Shown here: one piece after another, positions 55,363 through 63,997 of the stretch
How the letters are laid out: each line of letters begins with the position of its first letter
Position numbering within the stretch: position 1 is the stretch's first letter
NCBI GenBank assembly: GCA_025359505.1
Contig: JANYHH010000028.1
Location: 66,134 to 130,133 of the forward strand
Length of the DNA stretch: 64,000 bases
Reading direction: 5' to 3'
Source: Deinococcales bacterium
GTDB lineage: Bacteria > Deinococcota > Deinococci > Deinococcales > JAAFIG01
Made by a program: the position numbers and the translations under genes
Notes under the pieces: model-generated
Database searches by the model: none
Seen by the model: only the letters and a program-made list of their open reading frames with translations
What the model was told of the DNA's origin: nothing

Positions 55363-56190
55363 GTGCCGCGTATGACCTATCAACGCGTGTTATTCCCCTT
55401 ATGGATAGGCGCTGGAGTGAAAACCCACGTCCCTGACGGTGCGAGGGCGTTGCGTGAGGCGCTGGGCGGTAACGCAGTCGAGATTCCACTTCCGGAAGAC
55501 GTGAGCTTAAAGAAAACAGATTTGATTAAAGCCAAACTCGAATTGCTCGAGGCGTTCAAACGCGCTGCGACTCTCCTCGAGCCGCTGGAGCATGTCGCAT
55601 TGCTGGGCGGTGATTGCTCGAGCGATTTCGCACTGGTCGCGCATTCGAATCGCTTACATGGCGGTGATTTAGCGGTTGTCTGGTTGGACACGCACGCCGA
55701 CTTGAACACGCCGCAATCCAGCCCGAGCGGGCATCATCACGGGCAAGTGCTGCGGGCATTGCTCGGGGATTCAGATGCGGACTTCAACGCCTTGCTGCCC
55801 AGAGCGCTCGAGCCTACCCAAGTGTTTCTGGCTGGCGTGCGCGATTTCGACGCGGCGGAACTCGAGTACGTGCAAGCGAATCGAATTCCCGTGTTCGCGC
55901 CTCAGTTCCTGCGTGACGCGCCAGATGCGCTGGCTCGAGCAATTGAGGCTGTCGGATTCACCAAGGTTCACGTTCACCTCGATCTGGATATTTTGGATGC
56001 TCGAGGGTTTCGCAGCACGGGATTTTCCAGTGAGGGCGGCTTGACCGTGGCAGAACTCAAAGCCGTAATCGCAGCGCTCAATTCACACCTCGAGCTGGTC
56101 AGCTTCGCCGTGACCGAATACGCGCCGGCGCAGCAGAACGATGACCTCGAGACCGTGCTGGAGTTGATTGAGACACTCGAGCAGATTTAG
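55363..56190 (+). CDS. arginase/agmatinase/formimidoylglutamase (ureohydrolase) family protein
   Basis: Mn-ligand motifs LGGDCS, VWLDTHADLNTP and HVHLDLDILD. The start is 55363 or 55372. Confidence 0.8.
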   Translation: MPRMTYQRVLFPLWIGAGVKTHVPDGARALREALGGNAVEIPLPEDVSLKKTDLIKAKLELLEAFKRAATLLEPLEHVALLGGDCSSDFALVAHSNRLHGGDLAVVWLDTHADLNTPQSSPSGHHHGQVLRALLGDSDADFNALLPRALEPTQVFLAGVRDFDAAELEYVQANRIPVFAPQFLRDAPDALARAIEAVGFTKVHVHLDLDILDARGFRSTGFSSEGGLTVAELKAVIAALNSHLELVSFAVTEYAPAQQNDDLETVLELIETLEQI

Positions 56191-56221
56191 GTTTACTCGA
56201 GGTCGTGCGTCGCTCCTGTTA

Positions 56222-57058
56222 TCAAAGCTTCGAAATCGGTACTTGAAGCTCAATCAAAAACTCGCTGGGTTCTCTCAACGTTGCAAGAAACGTCTGGCGC
56301 GTTGCTCCAGTAATCCCATAACCGTTGTCTTCGACCCAGCGATACAGCGCCGTGAACGCGTCGGTCATTGCTTCGCCATCGTAGCGCCCCTCAAATTGCA
56401 GGCTCGCCACTGTCGGTAATGCTGGAAGTTCGTACACGCGCACAACGCTCGAGTCGGGAATACCATGCTCGAGATGATGCGTGACCTCGGCTTCAGGCAT
56501 TTGGTTATTCGCGCTCGCGTCGTGCCAGAGATTGATTTGCGGCAAGCGCCAACTCGGGTCATTCGGCTCGAGGTGCATTTTCAAGTGCGCGTTCAGCGCG
56601 TCGTAATAGGCTTCGATGCTGCGCCAGCCCTCAGGCGTTTGGCGCTCGAGGCTTGCGTCTCTGACCGATGCGACCAATTGCGCTGGGACGGATTTTAGTT
56701 CAATCGTATACATAGTGGCTCCTCGCTCGAGTCTTGCGATGCGCTGTTTGACGCGCCTCAAGCGCTCGATCTCATCTTTGATGTGCATCTCGAGCGCCGC
56801 GCTTTTCGCGTGCAGCAGCGCTTGCAAATGCGCTTGACTCGAGTCGGTTCGCAGGAACTCCGAGATTTCATTCAGCGTGCAATTAAGATCGCGCAAACTC
56901 AGAATTTGTTGCAGCAGCGGCAATTGCCGTACCGAATACAAGCGGTAATTCGTTGCATCATCAACTGTTTTCGGCTTCAGAATGCCCAGCTCGTCGTAAT
57001 GGCGAAGCATCGCCACGGACACGCCGCCCAATCTGGCAAATTCTCCAATCCGAATCAT
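56222..57058 (-). CDS. MerR family regulator with a GyrI-like effector-binding domain
   Basis: MIRIGEFARLGGVSVAMLRHYDELGILKP HTH, a coiled-coil linker, and a C-terminal GyrI-like half. ATG at 57056-57058. Confidence 0.85.
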   Translation of the reverse strand: MIRIGEFARLGGVSVAMLRHYDELGILKPKTVDDATNYRLYSVRQLPLLQQILSLRDLNCTLNEISEFLRTDSSQAHLQALLHAKSAALEMHIKDEIERLRRVKQRIARLERGATMYTIELKSVPAQLVASVRDASLERQTPEGWRSIEAYYDALNAHLKMHLEPNDPSWRLPQINLWHDASANNQMPEAEVTHHLEHGIPDSSVVRVYELPALPTVASLQFEGRYDGEAMTDAFTALYRWVEDNGYGITGATRQTFLATLREPSEFLIELQVPISKL

Positions 57059-57158
57059 GATTCTCCCCTCGAGCGCTCTATGAAAGGATGCACCCTCAGT
57101 CAGCCTGAGAGTCAAGTGGTCAGGCGACTCCACCATTGACGCTCGAGAGCAAGCGCCG

Positions 57159-57629
57159 TCAAACAACGTGTGAAGCTCGAGCCAAGGCCACACTCAGCAC
57201 TTGCCGGTCTGCGGCTTTGAGCAACCCCAATCGGCGGTACACGGCTTGCGCTGCGGCGTTGTCGTGTCCGACCTCGACGGTCAACGCACAGACGCCCTGC
57301 TGCACGCAAAACCCGCGCAATGTCTCGAGCAGAGCGCTACTCAAGCCTTTGTTGCGCTGCTCTGGTGCAACGTACAGGTCGTCAATGTGACCGATCATGC
57401 CGCCGTATTCCATGCCAAATCGCAGCGACAGCACGACGTAGCCAACGGCCTCACCGTTGATTTCAACGATCCAGATGTGACAATGGCGTTGCCCAGAAAG
57501 CGCATCGGCAAATGCGAGTCCAGCGAAATCCTGATCGAGCTGATAATGGCTTTCAGCGTAAAACGCGGTCATCAGCGTGACCAGCTTTGCGATGTCTTCA
57601 GTGACGGCTTTTCTGACAGTTGATGACAT
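57159..57629 (-). CDS. GNAT family N-acetyltransferase
   Basis: LYVAPEQRNKGLSSALL and YRRLGL motifs. 156 aa. Confidence 0.85.
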   Translation of the reverse strand: MSSTVRKAVTEDIAKLVTLMTAFYAESHYQLDQDFAGLAFADALSGQRHCHIWIVEINGEAVGYVVLSLRFGMEYGGMIGHIDDLYVAPEQRNKGLSSALLETLRGFCVQQGVCALTVEVGHDNAAAQAVYRRLGLLKAADRQVLSVALARASHVV

Positions 57630-57632
57630 TGT

Positions 57633-59282
57633 TCAGACCCTCTCGGCGCGTTTGCTGACGCCCGGCTCGAGGGGCAATGCTGGCGTGACGATCACGGTTT
57701 TCTGATTGGTGAAGTACACCGCGCCCGCTTTCATGCCTTTTGGTTTCCAGACGAATTTTTTCGGCATGTAATCTACCGCCACCGACGTACTCCCTCGAGC
57801 CTTACTGTGCCACGCCGCAATCGCGGCTGCCTCGATAATATCGCTGTACGGCACTTCGCGGTTCAGGGCGCGTAAGACGACGTGCGAGCCGGGGTAGCCC
57901 TGCACGTGAAACCAGACATCCATGCTCTGCGCCAATCTAAAGGTCAGAAAATCGTTCTCCCTCGAGTTGCGCCCGACCAGCACATCAAAGCCGCTGGACA
58001 TGGTGCGGTACTTGATGCCGACGGGCGGCGGCGCGGTCACGCCGTCGGCATTGTGCTGCATCAGCATCTCGAGCTGCGCGGTGTCGGCAGTCTCGAGGTC
58101 ACGCAGCAGCGTCATGACCTCACGTTGCTGGCGCTCGAGTTCCGGTTGACGCTCCACGAGTCTCAAATGGACTTCCTCGCGGCGTCTGGCGCGGCTGTAC
58201 AAGCGATTGGCGTTTCCAGCCGCGTCCAAATCCGGCTCGAGGGGAATACTCACGCTGCCCTCGCCGTAAAGGTTTGGGAGCGTCACGCTGTTCACGCCAC
58301 TAGGGACTTGCTGACGGAACGCCAGCAGTGCGTCCGCCCACTCGCGCCACTGGATCGCGTCGATCACGGCTGCTTCAGCTCGCGTCAAATCCTCGAGCTG
58401 CTTTTTTAGTAACTTCGCACGTTTCTCTAATGGCTCGCGCAACCCGCGCCGCAACTCTTGCAAGCGCTGATCTTGGGAGCGGGCGCGGGCTTGGTCGGAC
58501 AGCGACGCGGCGCTCGAGAGCGACGGGTTTCGCACCAGATCGCGCAGCGCTATGAGCGGACTCGTCAGTGAGGCGCGGTACTCGAGTTCAGCGCTCAACG
58601 TCGGGCCCAGCCCGTCAATGGACGCGCCCCATTTGCTCGGCGGCAGTGCCAGCACCGCGCTCAACTCGGCATCACTGGCGGCTCGAGGGTCAAGCTTTTG
58701 GTACGGCGGCGGCAAGGTGTACGTGCCACCCGTCCGCAATGTCCGAAAGCGATTGCGGGCAGCGGTCACTTCCCTCGCGGGCGCGGTGATGCGACCCTCG
58801 AACAGTGCCGCGTCCTCGAGACCCGCACCGCTCCCCGCCAACAGCAGCAGATTGGCGTTGCGTCCCGTCAGTTCAAACACCAGTCGCGCCTCAGCCGTGG
58901 ACACGAAGCCCTCGCTGGCGGCAAACTCGAGCATCACTACGCGGTCTAACTTGTATTGCACAGCGCGAATCAGATTGCCTTTGAGGCGCGTCTCTAAGAG
59001 GCGCTGGAACGGGTTGATCGGACTGCCCGACAAGCGATCCGCGTTGACGTACATGGCTGGCGTCGGCGGGCGAATGCTCAGCACGACATTGAAAATATCC
59101 TTCGGGCCCGCCTTACCCTCGAGCAATAGCGAGGCCGTGGTTTCGTTCGGGAAGACCCACCCCAGATTGCGAGCGGGCAGCTTGGTCACAAGCTCCTCGA
59201 GAATTTTAGCGATGAACAGACCTTCCACGGGGGCAGCTCCTAGCTGTTCGCTCTTAGCCATTAGCTCAGCGCTAAAGTCCAA
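57633..59282 (-). CDS. rqcH: NFACT-family ribosome quality control protein (RqcH / FbpA-like)
   Basis: N-terminal NFACT-N, a central coiled coil, and a C-terminal NFACT-R/DUF814 (VLVGRNSRENDFLTF...DVWFHVQGYPGSHVVL). TTG start, exact position uncertain. Confidence 0.85.
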   Translation of the reverse strand: MDFSAELMAKSEQLGAAPVEGLFIAKILEELVTKLPARNLGWVFPNETTASLLLEGKAGPKDIFNVVLSIRPPTPAMYVNADRLSGSPINPFQRLLETRLKGNLIRAVQYKLDRVVMLEFAASEGFVSTAEARLVFELTGRNANLLLLAGSGAGLEDAALFEGRITAPAREVTAARNRFRTLRTGGTYTLPPPYQKLDPRAASDAELSAVLALPPSKWGASIDGLGPTLSAELEYRASLTSPLIALRDLVRNPSLSSAASLSDQARARSQDQRLQELRRGLREPLEKRAKLLKKQLEDLTRAEAAVIDAIQWREWADALLAFRQQVPSGVNSVTLPNLYGEGSVSIPLEPDLDAAGNANRLYSRARRREEVHLRLVERQPELERQQREVMTLLRDLETADTAQLEMLMQHNADGVTAPPPVGIKYRTMSSGFDVLVGRNSRENDFLTFRLAQSMDVWFHVQGYPGSHVVLRALNREVPYSDIIEAAAIAAWHSKARGSTSVAVDYMPKKFVWKPKGMKAGAVYFTNQKTVIVTPALPLEPGVSKRAERV

Positions 59283-59351
59283 AGCATCACATCCAAATTA
59301 TACGTGCTACTCGAGATACATAGCTCGAGGGTTGAAGCTTCTAGCTAGCAG

Positions 59352-59681
59352 CTAAACTTTAAAAAATTCTTCGACCCCGACCACGAACGCGACCGCGCCG
59401 CCGACCGGGACTTCCATCGGCTGCGCCAGCATCGGCTCGGGTTGCTCGGCGACGGGCACGGTCGGCGTGACGAAGCGCTTGCGGCTGCGGCACTTTTCAC
59501 TGATGATTTCTTTGACCCTAGCCACGTTGTCCTCGGTCACACCGATCAAGAGCGTGGTGTTGCCCTCACGCAAAAAGCCGCCGGTGCTGGCGAGTTTCGT
59601 GACCTCGATGCGTTCCGCTCCGAGCGCCCGGATGAGGCCGTTGGCGTCGGCATCCTGAACAATGGCGATGACGAGTTTCAT
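59352..59681 (-). CDS. darA: PII-like cyclic-di-AMP receptor protein (DarA/PstA, DUF970)
   Basis: [48 protein letters not shown] matches PstA/DarA. ATG at 59679-59681. Confidence 0.85.
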   Translation of the reverse strand: MKLVIAIVQDADANGLIRALGAERIEVTKLASTGGFLREGNTTLLIGVTEDNVARVKEIISEKCRSRKRFVTPTVPVAEQPEPMLAQPMEVPVGGAVAFVVGVEEFFKV

Positions 59682-59893
59682 GAGGAAAAGTGTAGCAGAC
59701 GCAAGTGTTAAGTGGATGCGAAGTCTGGTTCGAGCCAAACCAAGAGCAATCTGGTGCAGTATCGCCAAAAAAATGGGTGAGTATTTTGCGAGCGTTGTGC
59801 GCCTCTGTCATGTTCGCATGGGCGAAACGCACACATGGGTGTGACGCGAGTACCGATGCGTGAAGCGTCGCGGTGTCTGAGCGCTCGAGGAAC

Positions 59894-59947
59894 GAAGCGA
59901 TCCTGCCCGTGAGGTGCATGGGTTGGATCAAGAAGCGATCCTGCCCG
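59894..59947. repeat. 16-bp direct repeat pair in the 360-bp spacer upstream of darA
   Basis: gaagcgatcctgcccg occurs at 59894-59909 and 59932-59947. A second pair, aaggtgctg, lies at about 59966 and 59989. Confidence 0.8.
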
Positions 59948-60040
59948 CTAGCGCCGCAAACCCGTAAGGTGCTGGTATCAGCGGCAAGAAGGTGCTGTTG
60001 TCAGGGTCAGGACAAGCTGAAAGATTTGAGCGACGCTTCA

Positions 60041-61618
60041 CTAGCGTTTGACGTATTGCGCGATGCAGACGGTGAAATCGCCGCTCAGCACCGCCTGCAC
60101 GGACACCCCGTAGCGCCTCGAGCCGTCGAGGTTGGAGAAGAAGCGCCAATAACTCCGGTAAAGGTCGTAGTCGCGCCCCATGTACTCCCAGTACGGGGTG
60201 ATCCACGAGCGCCCGTATGCCTCGAGCACTGCTTCCAAGCGCTGCTCTGGTGATCGGTACTGATCGTCGGCACGCGGCGCGGGCAGCGTATAGCCGTAGG
60301 TCTGCTCACGTTTGAAGCCGCTGCCGTTCAAGCGGGCCTCAATCAGCGGTTCCGCGCCGCAACGCTCGGCATTGCCCGCGCCAAGCTGGGCTGCGATCGC
60401 CAAGGCTTTGACGACCGCACCGGGGTCTAACCCGGCGACCGCGCCCGGCGAACCCGCTCTGGGCGCAAGCAATGGGAACGTCAACTGTCGGTACTGGCTG
60501 GGCATGGCATCCGCGAAGCCTTGTAATTGATCGAAGAATTCCTCTGCCCTTGTATTGCTGGAGTCAAGGCGCAGCACCTCGAGCAGTCGGGTGTACCACG
60601 GTTCGACCTCTAAACTCTCGCGGGAACTGCCGATCTGATCGTTGTTCTCGAGCATCGCCATGTGCACGTCGGCTTCGGCTTGGCGCGGAGATTGCGCCGT
60701 TTTAGCAAGCTTGAGCGCCTGCGCGAATGCGCGGTCGCGGGCGGCGGACAATGCGGATTCACCGAATTTTCCAGCGCTGACCTCGTGCAGCGCCACCCCG
60801 AGCCGCGTCCACGCGTCGTAAACGTTCGGCTCGAGTTTGACGCGTTGCTTGGCGAGCCACACCGCTCGCCATTTGCTTGGCGCGACCACGGTCAGGCTGA
60901 AATTGTCTTTGCTGGTCGGCTCGAGGTTCTGCCAGCGCCAGCGAAATTCGTTGCCGCGCTGCCCAGCGCCGGGCGTGGTGTTGAGGTACTCCAGATATTT
61001 ACTGGCGTTCACGAGCGCGTCACCATCGCTTGGGTACGGCATGGTGACGATGATCTCGGCTGAGCCAATCGTCCCATTCCAACCGCGCCCAGTTTCCAAG
61101 ATGTAGCCAAAATGCTCGAGATTGGCGTAAGTGGTGGACTCGAGGCTGTACGCGACGCTGATTCGCACGTTCTTGCCGGGTGCGAAACTGACTGGAAAGC
61201 CCGCCCACAACACCGGCTCGAGGGTGGCATCCACGGGGTTCGGCGTGTGCACAATGGTCGTCCCCAGCGCTTTGCCGTCGACCTGAACCTTGAAATCCAC
61301 GATTCGTCCGCTCGAGTACCCGCCATACGTGTCAGAAACTGGGAAGCGCACCTGCATGGTTTCCGCCGCCCGCCCGAGGTTCTGCATCGTGAAGACCGCA
61401 CTGACCTTCGCCTCGAGTTCCGTGTCTTCGCTCGTCCAATTGGGTTGCAACGCCAGCCTCACGGTTTCCGCCACCATCCGCACCTGCGTTTTCGTGCCAC
61501 TTGGCAAAATGCCGCTGCCGGGCACGGCTTCTTGCGGCGCGGCGTCCGCAAGAACGCGAGCGGCGACCAGTGCCAACGCACTGATGAGGATCAACGCTAA
61601 CGGTTTCATCGCCGTCAT
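60041..61618 (-). CDS. secreted protein of unknown function (beta-rich N-terminal domain plus helical C-terminal domain)
   Basis: Signal peptide MKPLALILISALALVAARVLA and a 525-aa uninterrupted ORF. I recognise no family confidently. Confidence 0.7.
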   Translation of the reverse strand: MTAMKPLALILISALALVAARVLADAAPQEAVPGSGILPSGTKTQVRMVAETVRLALQPNWTSEDTELEAKVSAVFTMQNLGRAAETMQVRFPVSDTYGGYSSGRIVDFKVQVDGKALGTTIVHTPNPVDATLEPVLWAGFPVSFAPGKNVRISVAYSLESTTYANLEHFGYILETGRGWNGTIGSAEIIVTMPYPSDGDALVNASKYLEYLNTTPGAGQRGNEFRWRWQNLEPTSKDNFSLTVVAPSKWRAVWLAKQRVKLEPNVYDAWTRLGVALHEVSAGKFGESALSAARDRAFAQALKLAKTAQSPRQAEADVHMAMLENNDQIGSSRESLEVEPWYTRLLEVLRLDSSNTRAEEFFDQLQGFADAMPSQYRQLTFPLLAPRAGSPGAVAGLDPGAVVKALAIAAQLGAGNAERCGAEPLIEARLNGSGFKREQTYGYTLPAPRADDQYRSPEQRLEAVLEAYGRSWITPYWEYMGRDYDLYRSYWRFFSNLDGSRRYGVSVQAVLSGDFTVCIAQYVKR

Positions 61619-61639
61619 CTTACAAGCCCAAAACGCCGT

Positions 61640-63997
61640 TCAACCCTCGAGCCGCGCCTTGACGAGCGCCTGCACGAGCTGCGGATTGCCCGCGCCTTTG
61701 GTTTGTTTCATCACCTCACCGACAAAAAACCCGAGCAGCCCGATTCGCCCAGCGCGGTACGCCTCGAGCTTGTCCGGGTTCGCAGCGATCACGGCTTCAA
61801 CCAGCGGCTCGAGGCTGCCCGCGTCGGAAACTTGCTTCAGCCCGTCGCGTTCGACAATCTCGAGCGGGTCTGTGTTTGTCGCCAGCGCTTGCTCCAAAAC
61901 GTCCTTGACCATGTTGCGCGACAAACTTCCAGATTGCAGTAACTCGAGCAGGGCGCGAAGTTGAACAGGGGTGACGCTGCTGGATTCACGCAGCCCAAAC
62001 TGAATCACGTAACTCGAGGCTGCATTGTCTCCGACAGCATCAAAGTACGAGCGCATTTCGGCATCTCGAGCCAATACGAGGCTGTCCGCGTCGTTGACGC
62101 CACGGGCTTTCAGAGTCTCGAGGGTTGCTTGCTCATCGGGGGTTAGCTCGAGCGTCGGCTGTAGGGGCGACCGGATTGCGGTCGCCCCTACGGGTTGGGC
62201 GGCGGGCTTGCTCGAGACGGTGGCGCTTGCAGAACCCGTGTTTGCTTCTTGCGTGATACTCGAGCTTGCCGTGACCGTCCAGTTATCCTTCAAACCAATA
62301 ATCCGGTTGAACACCAGCGCCTCGGGTCTCGAGTCGATCTGATCCTGCCAGAAATACCCGCCGCGCTCGAATTGGTAGCGCGTGTCGGGTGGATCGTTCA
62401 GCACGCTCGGTTCGATCACGCCGCTCACAATCTCGAGGCTGTCTGGGTTGATGAAATCCAAAAAATCTTTTTCTTCGCCGTCCTCGTCTTCATCCCCCTC
62501 GAGCTTGGCTTCGGCTTCTGGGTTTGGAACGCTGAACAGGCGGTCGTAGAGCCGTGCGGTGAACGGTACGCCGTCAGCGGCGCTGACCCAGTGAATCACA
62601 CCGCCCGCTTTCTCGGTATCGGCAAGCAATTCGCAGATCAAACCCGTGATCTCGCCCGCGTCGTCGCGCAGCACCTCGAGACATTGCATCACGCCTGCAC
62701 CGCGCAACCGCACGCGCCCACCGAGCGTCAAGCGCTTGTAGCCCGCTGGCGGCTCGAGAGAGAAGTCCTCGCGCTCAATGAAAATATCTCTGGTCAGTTT
62801 CACGTCTCGAGTGGCTTGCTCACCTACGACGCGCTCGCCGCTTGGCAGTGGCACAGTGCCGTCGCTCGAGGCTTTGACGACATCCTGCGGGTAGTACGGC
62901 ATCGTCACCGTGCGGCTGGTCTCGAGATTCGTCAGCGTCACGCGCAATGGGCGCAGCACCGCCATGACTCGAGGGGCGCGGGCGTTGAGGTCATCGCGGA
63001 TCGCGTGTTCAAAGGCGCTCAGGTCAACCGTGCGGTTCGTGCGGGTCACGCCGATTCCAGCGGCGAAGGTTTGAATCGCTTCGGGGGTCACGCCGCGCCT
63101 GCGCTGCGCGGCGATGGTCGGCATTCTTGGGTCATCCCAACCGCTGACCAGCCCCGCCTCGATCAGTTTTTTCAACTTGCGCTTGCTGACGACCGTGTAT
63201 TCCAAACTGCGCCGTCCGAACTCGTACTGATGCGGGCGCGACTTTAAGGCGGGATGCTCCAAATTGTCCAGCAGCCAGTCGTAAATGGCGCGATTGTCGA
63301 CGAACTCGAGGCTGCACAGGCTGTGCGTAACAAAGTTGGTCGCGTCGTTGATGCTTTGCGCGAAATCGTACAGCGGGTAGATGCACCACGCATCCCGCTG
63401 TCGGTAATGCGTGGCGTGGAGGATGCGGTACAGCCCCGGATCGCGCAGTTTCATGTTCGGATTTGCCAGATCAATCTTCGCCCGAAGCAGATGAGCGCCG
63501 TCGGGGTACGCGCCCGCTCGCATCGCACTGAACAGCTCGAGGTTATCGGCAACGCTCCTCGAGCGGTACGGACTGGGCGTTCCAGCTTGCGTGGCCGTGC
63601 CGCGCAGCCGAGCCATTTCGTCGCTCGAGACGCTATCGACGTAGGCCAGCCCTTTTCCAATCAGTTGCACCGCGCACTCGTACATCACCTGAAAATCGTC
63701 CGACGCGAACCGCACCTGCGGCGCTACCCAGCCCATCCACTCGAGATCTGCGCGAATCGCGTCCACGAACTCTTGGCGCTCGGTCAGCGGATTGGTGTCG
63801 TCCATCCGCAGCACGAACGAACCGCCGTACTGCGCCGCCAGATTGAAGTTCAAGTTGCAGGCGAAGGTATGCCCGAGGTGCGGATAGCCGTTCGGCTCGG
63901 GCGGGAAGCGCGTGACGACGCGCTGCACGCGCCCAGAGGTGAGATCAGCTTCAATGGTTTCGGTGATGAAATTGGGTTGCACGACGCGCACGGACAT
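61640..63997 (-). CDS. glnS: glutaminyl-tRNA synthetase with a C-terminal YqeY/GatB-like appended domain
   Basis: Class I HIGH (PEPNGYPHLGH) and a KMSKS-like VVSKRKL. After a low-complexity linker, the C-terminal ~150 aa (...QLRALLELLQSGSLSRNMVKDVLEQ...IAANPDKLEAYRAGRIGLLGFFVGEVMKQTKGAGNPQLVQALVKARL) form a GatB_Yqey domain, as described for D. radiodurans GlnRS. Confidence 0.93.
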   Translation of the reverse strand: MSVRVVQPNFITETIEADLTSGRVQRVVTRFPPEPNGYPHLGHTFACNLNFNLAAQYGGSFVLRMDDTNPLTERQEFVDAIRADLEWMGWVAPQVRFASDDFQVMYECAVQLIGKGLAYVDSVSSDEMARLRGTATQAGTPSPYRSRSVADNLELFSAMRAGAYPDGAHLLRAKIDLANPNMKLRDPGLYRILHATHYRQRDAWCIYPLYDFAQSINDATNFVTHSLCSLEFVDNRAIYDWLLDNLEHPALKSRPHQYEFGRRSLEYTVVSKRKLKKLIEAGLVSGWDDPRMPTIAAQRRRGVTPEAIQTFAAGIGVTRTNRTVDLSAFEHAIRDDLNARAPRVMAVLRPLRVTLTNLETSRTVTMPYYPQDVVKASSDGTVPLPSGERVVGEQATRDVKLTRDIFIEREDFSLEPPAGYKRLTLGGRVRLRGAGVMQCLEVLRDDAGEITGLICELLADTEKAGGVIHWVSAADGVPFTARLYDRLFSVPNPEAEAKLEGDEDEDGEEKDFLDFINPDSLEIVSGVIEPSVLNDPPDTRYQFERGGYFWQDQIDSRPEALVFNRIIGLKDNWTVTASSSITQEANTGSASATVSSKPAAQPVGATAIRSPLQPTLELTPDEQATLETLKARGVNDADSLVLARDAEMRSYFDAVGDNAASSYVIQFGLRESSSVTPVQLRALLELLQSGSLSRNMVKDVLEQALATNTDPLEIVERDGLKQVSDAGSLEPLVEAVIAANPDKLEAYRAGRIGLLGFFVGEVMKQTKGAGNPQLVQALVKARLEG
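62158..62194. repeat. REP-like hairpin GTAGGGGCGACC-N7-GGTCGCCCCTAC embedded in-frame in the glnS linker
   Basis: A perfect 12-bp stem (62161-62172 with 62180-62191). The minus strand reads CCCGTAGGGGCGACC..., translated as PVGATAIRSPLQ. The same 15-mer occurs in the intergenic copy at 20582-20596. Confidence 0.8.

Noticed and set aside
55363-56190. Calling the ureohydrolase-fold protein a kynurenine formamidase
   Set aside because: The fold and ligand motifs indicate a guanidino/amidino hydrolase. Adjacency to kynU alone is not enough. I kept it only as a low-interest speculation.
62195-63247. 350-aa plus-strand ORF
   Set aside because: It is antisense to the strongly supported glnS and is a typical GC-rich shadow ORF. 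The same reasoning applies to 58552-59355 (antisense to rqcH), 50074-50814 and 50086-50562 (within and antisense to the permease gene), 44191-44627 (antisense to the GGDEF gene), 41454-42041 (antisense to the S8 protease), 20136-20681 and 20705-21214.
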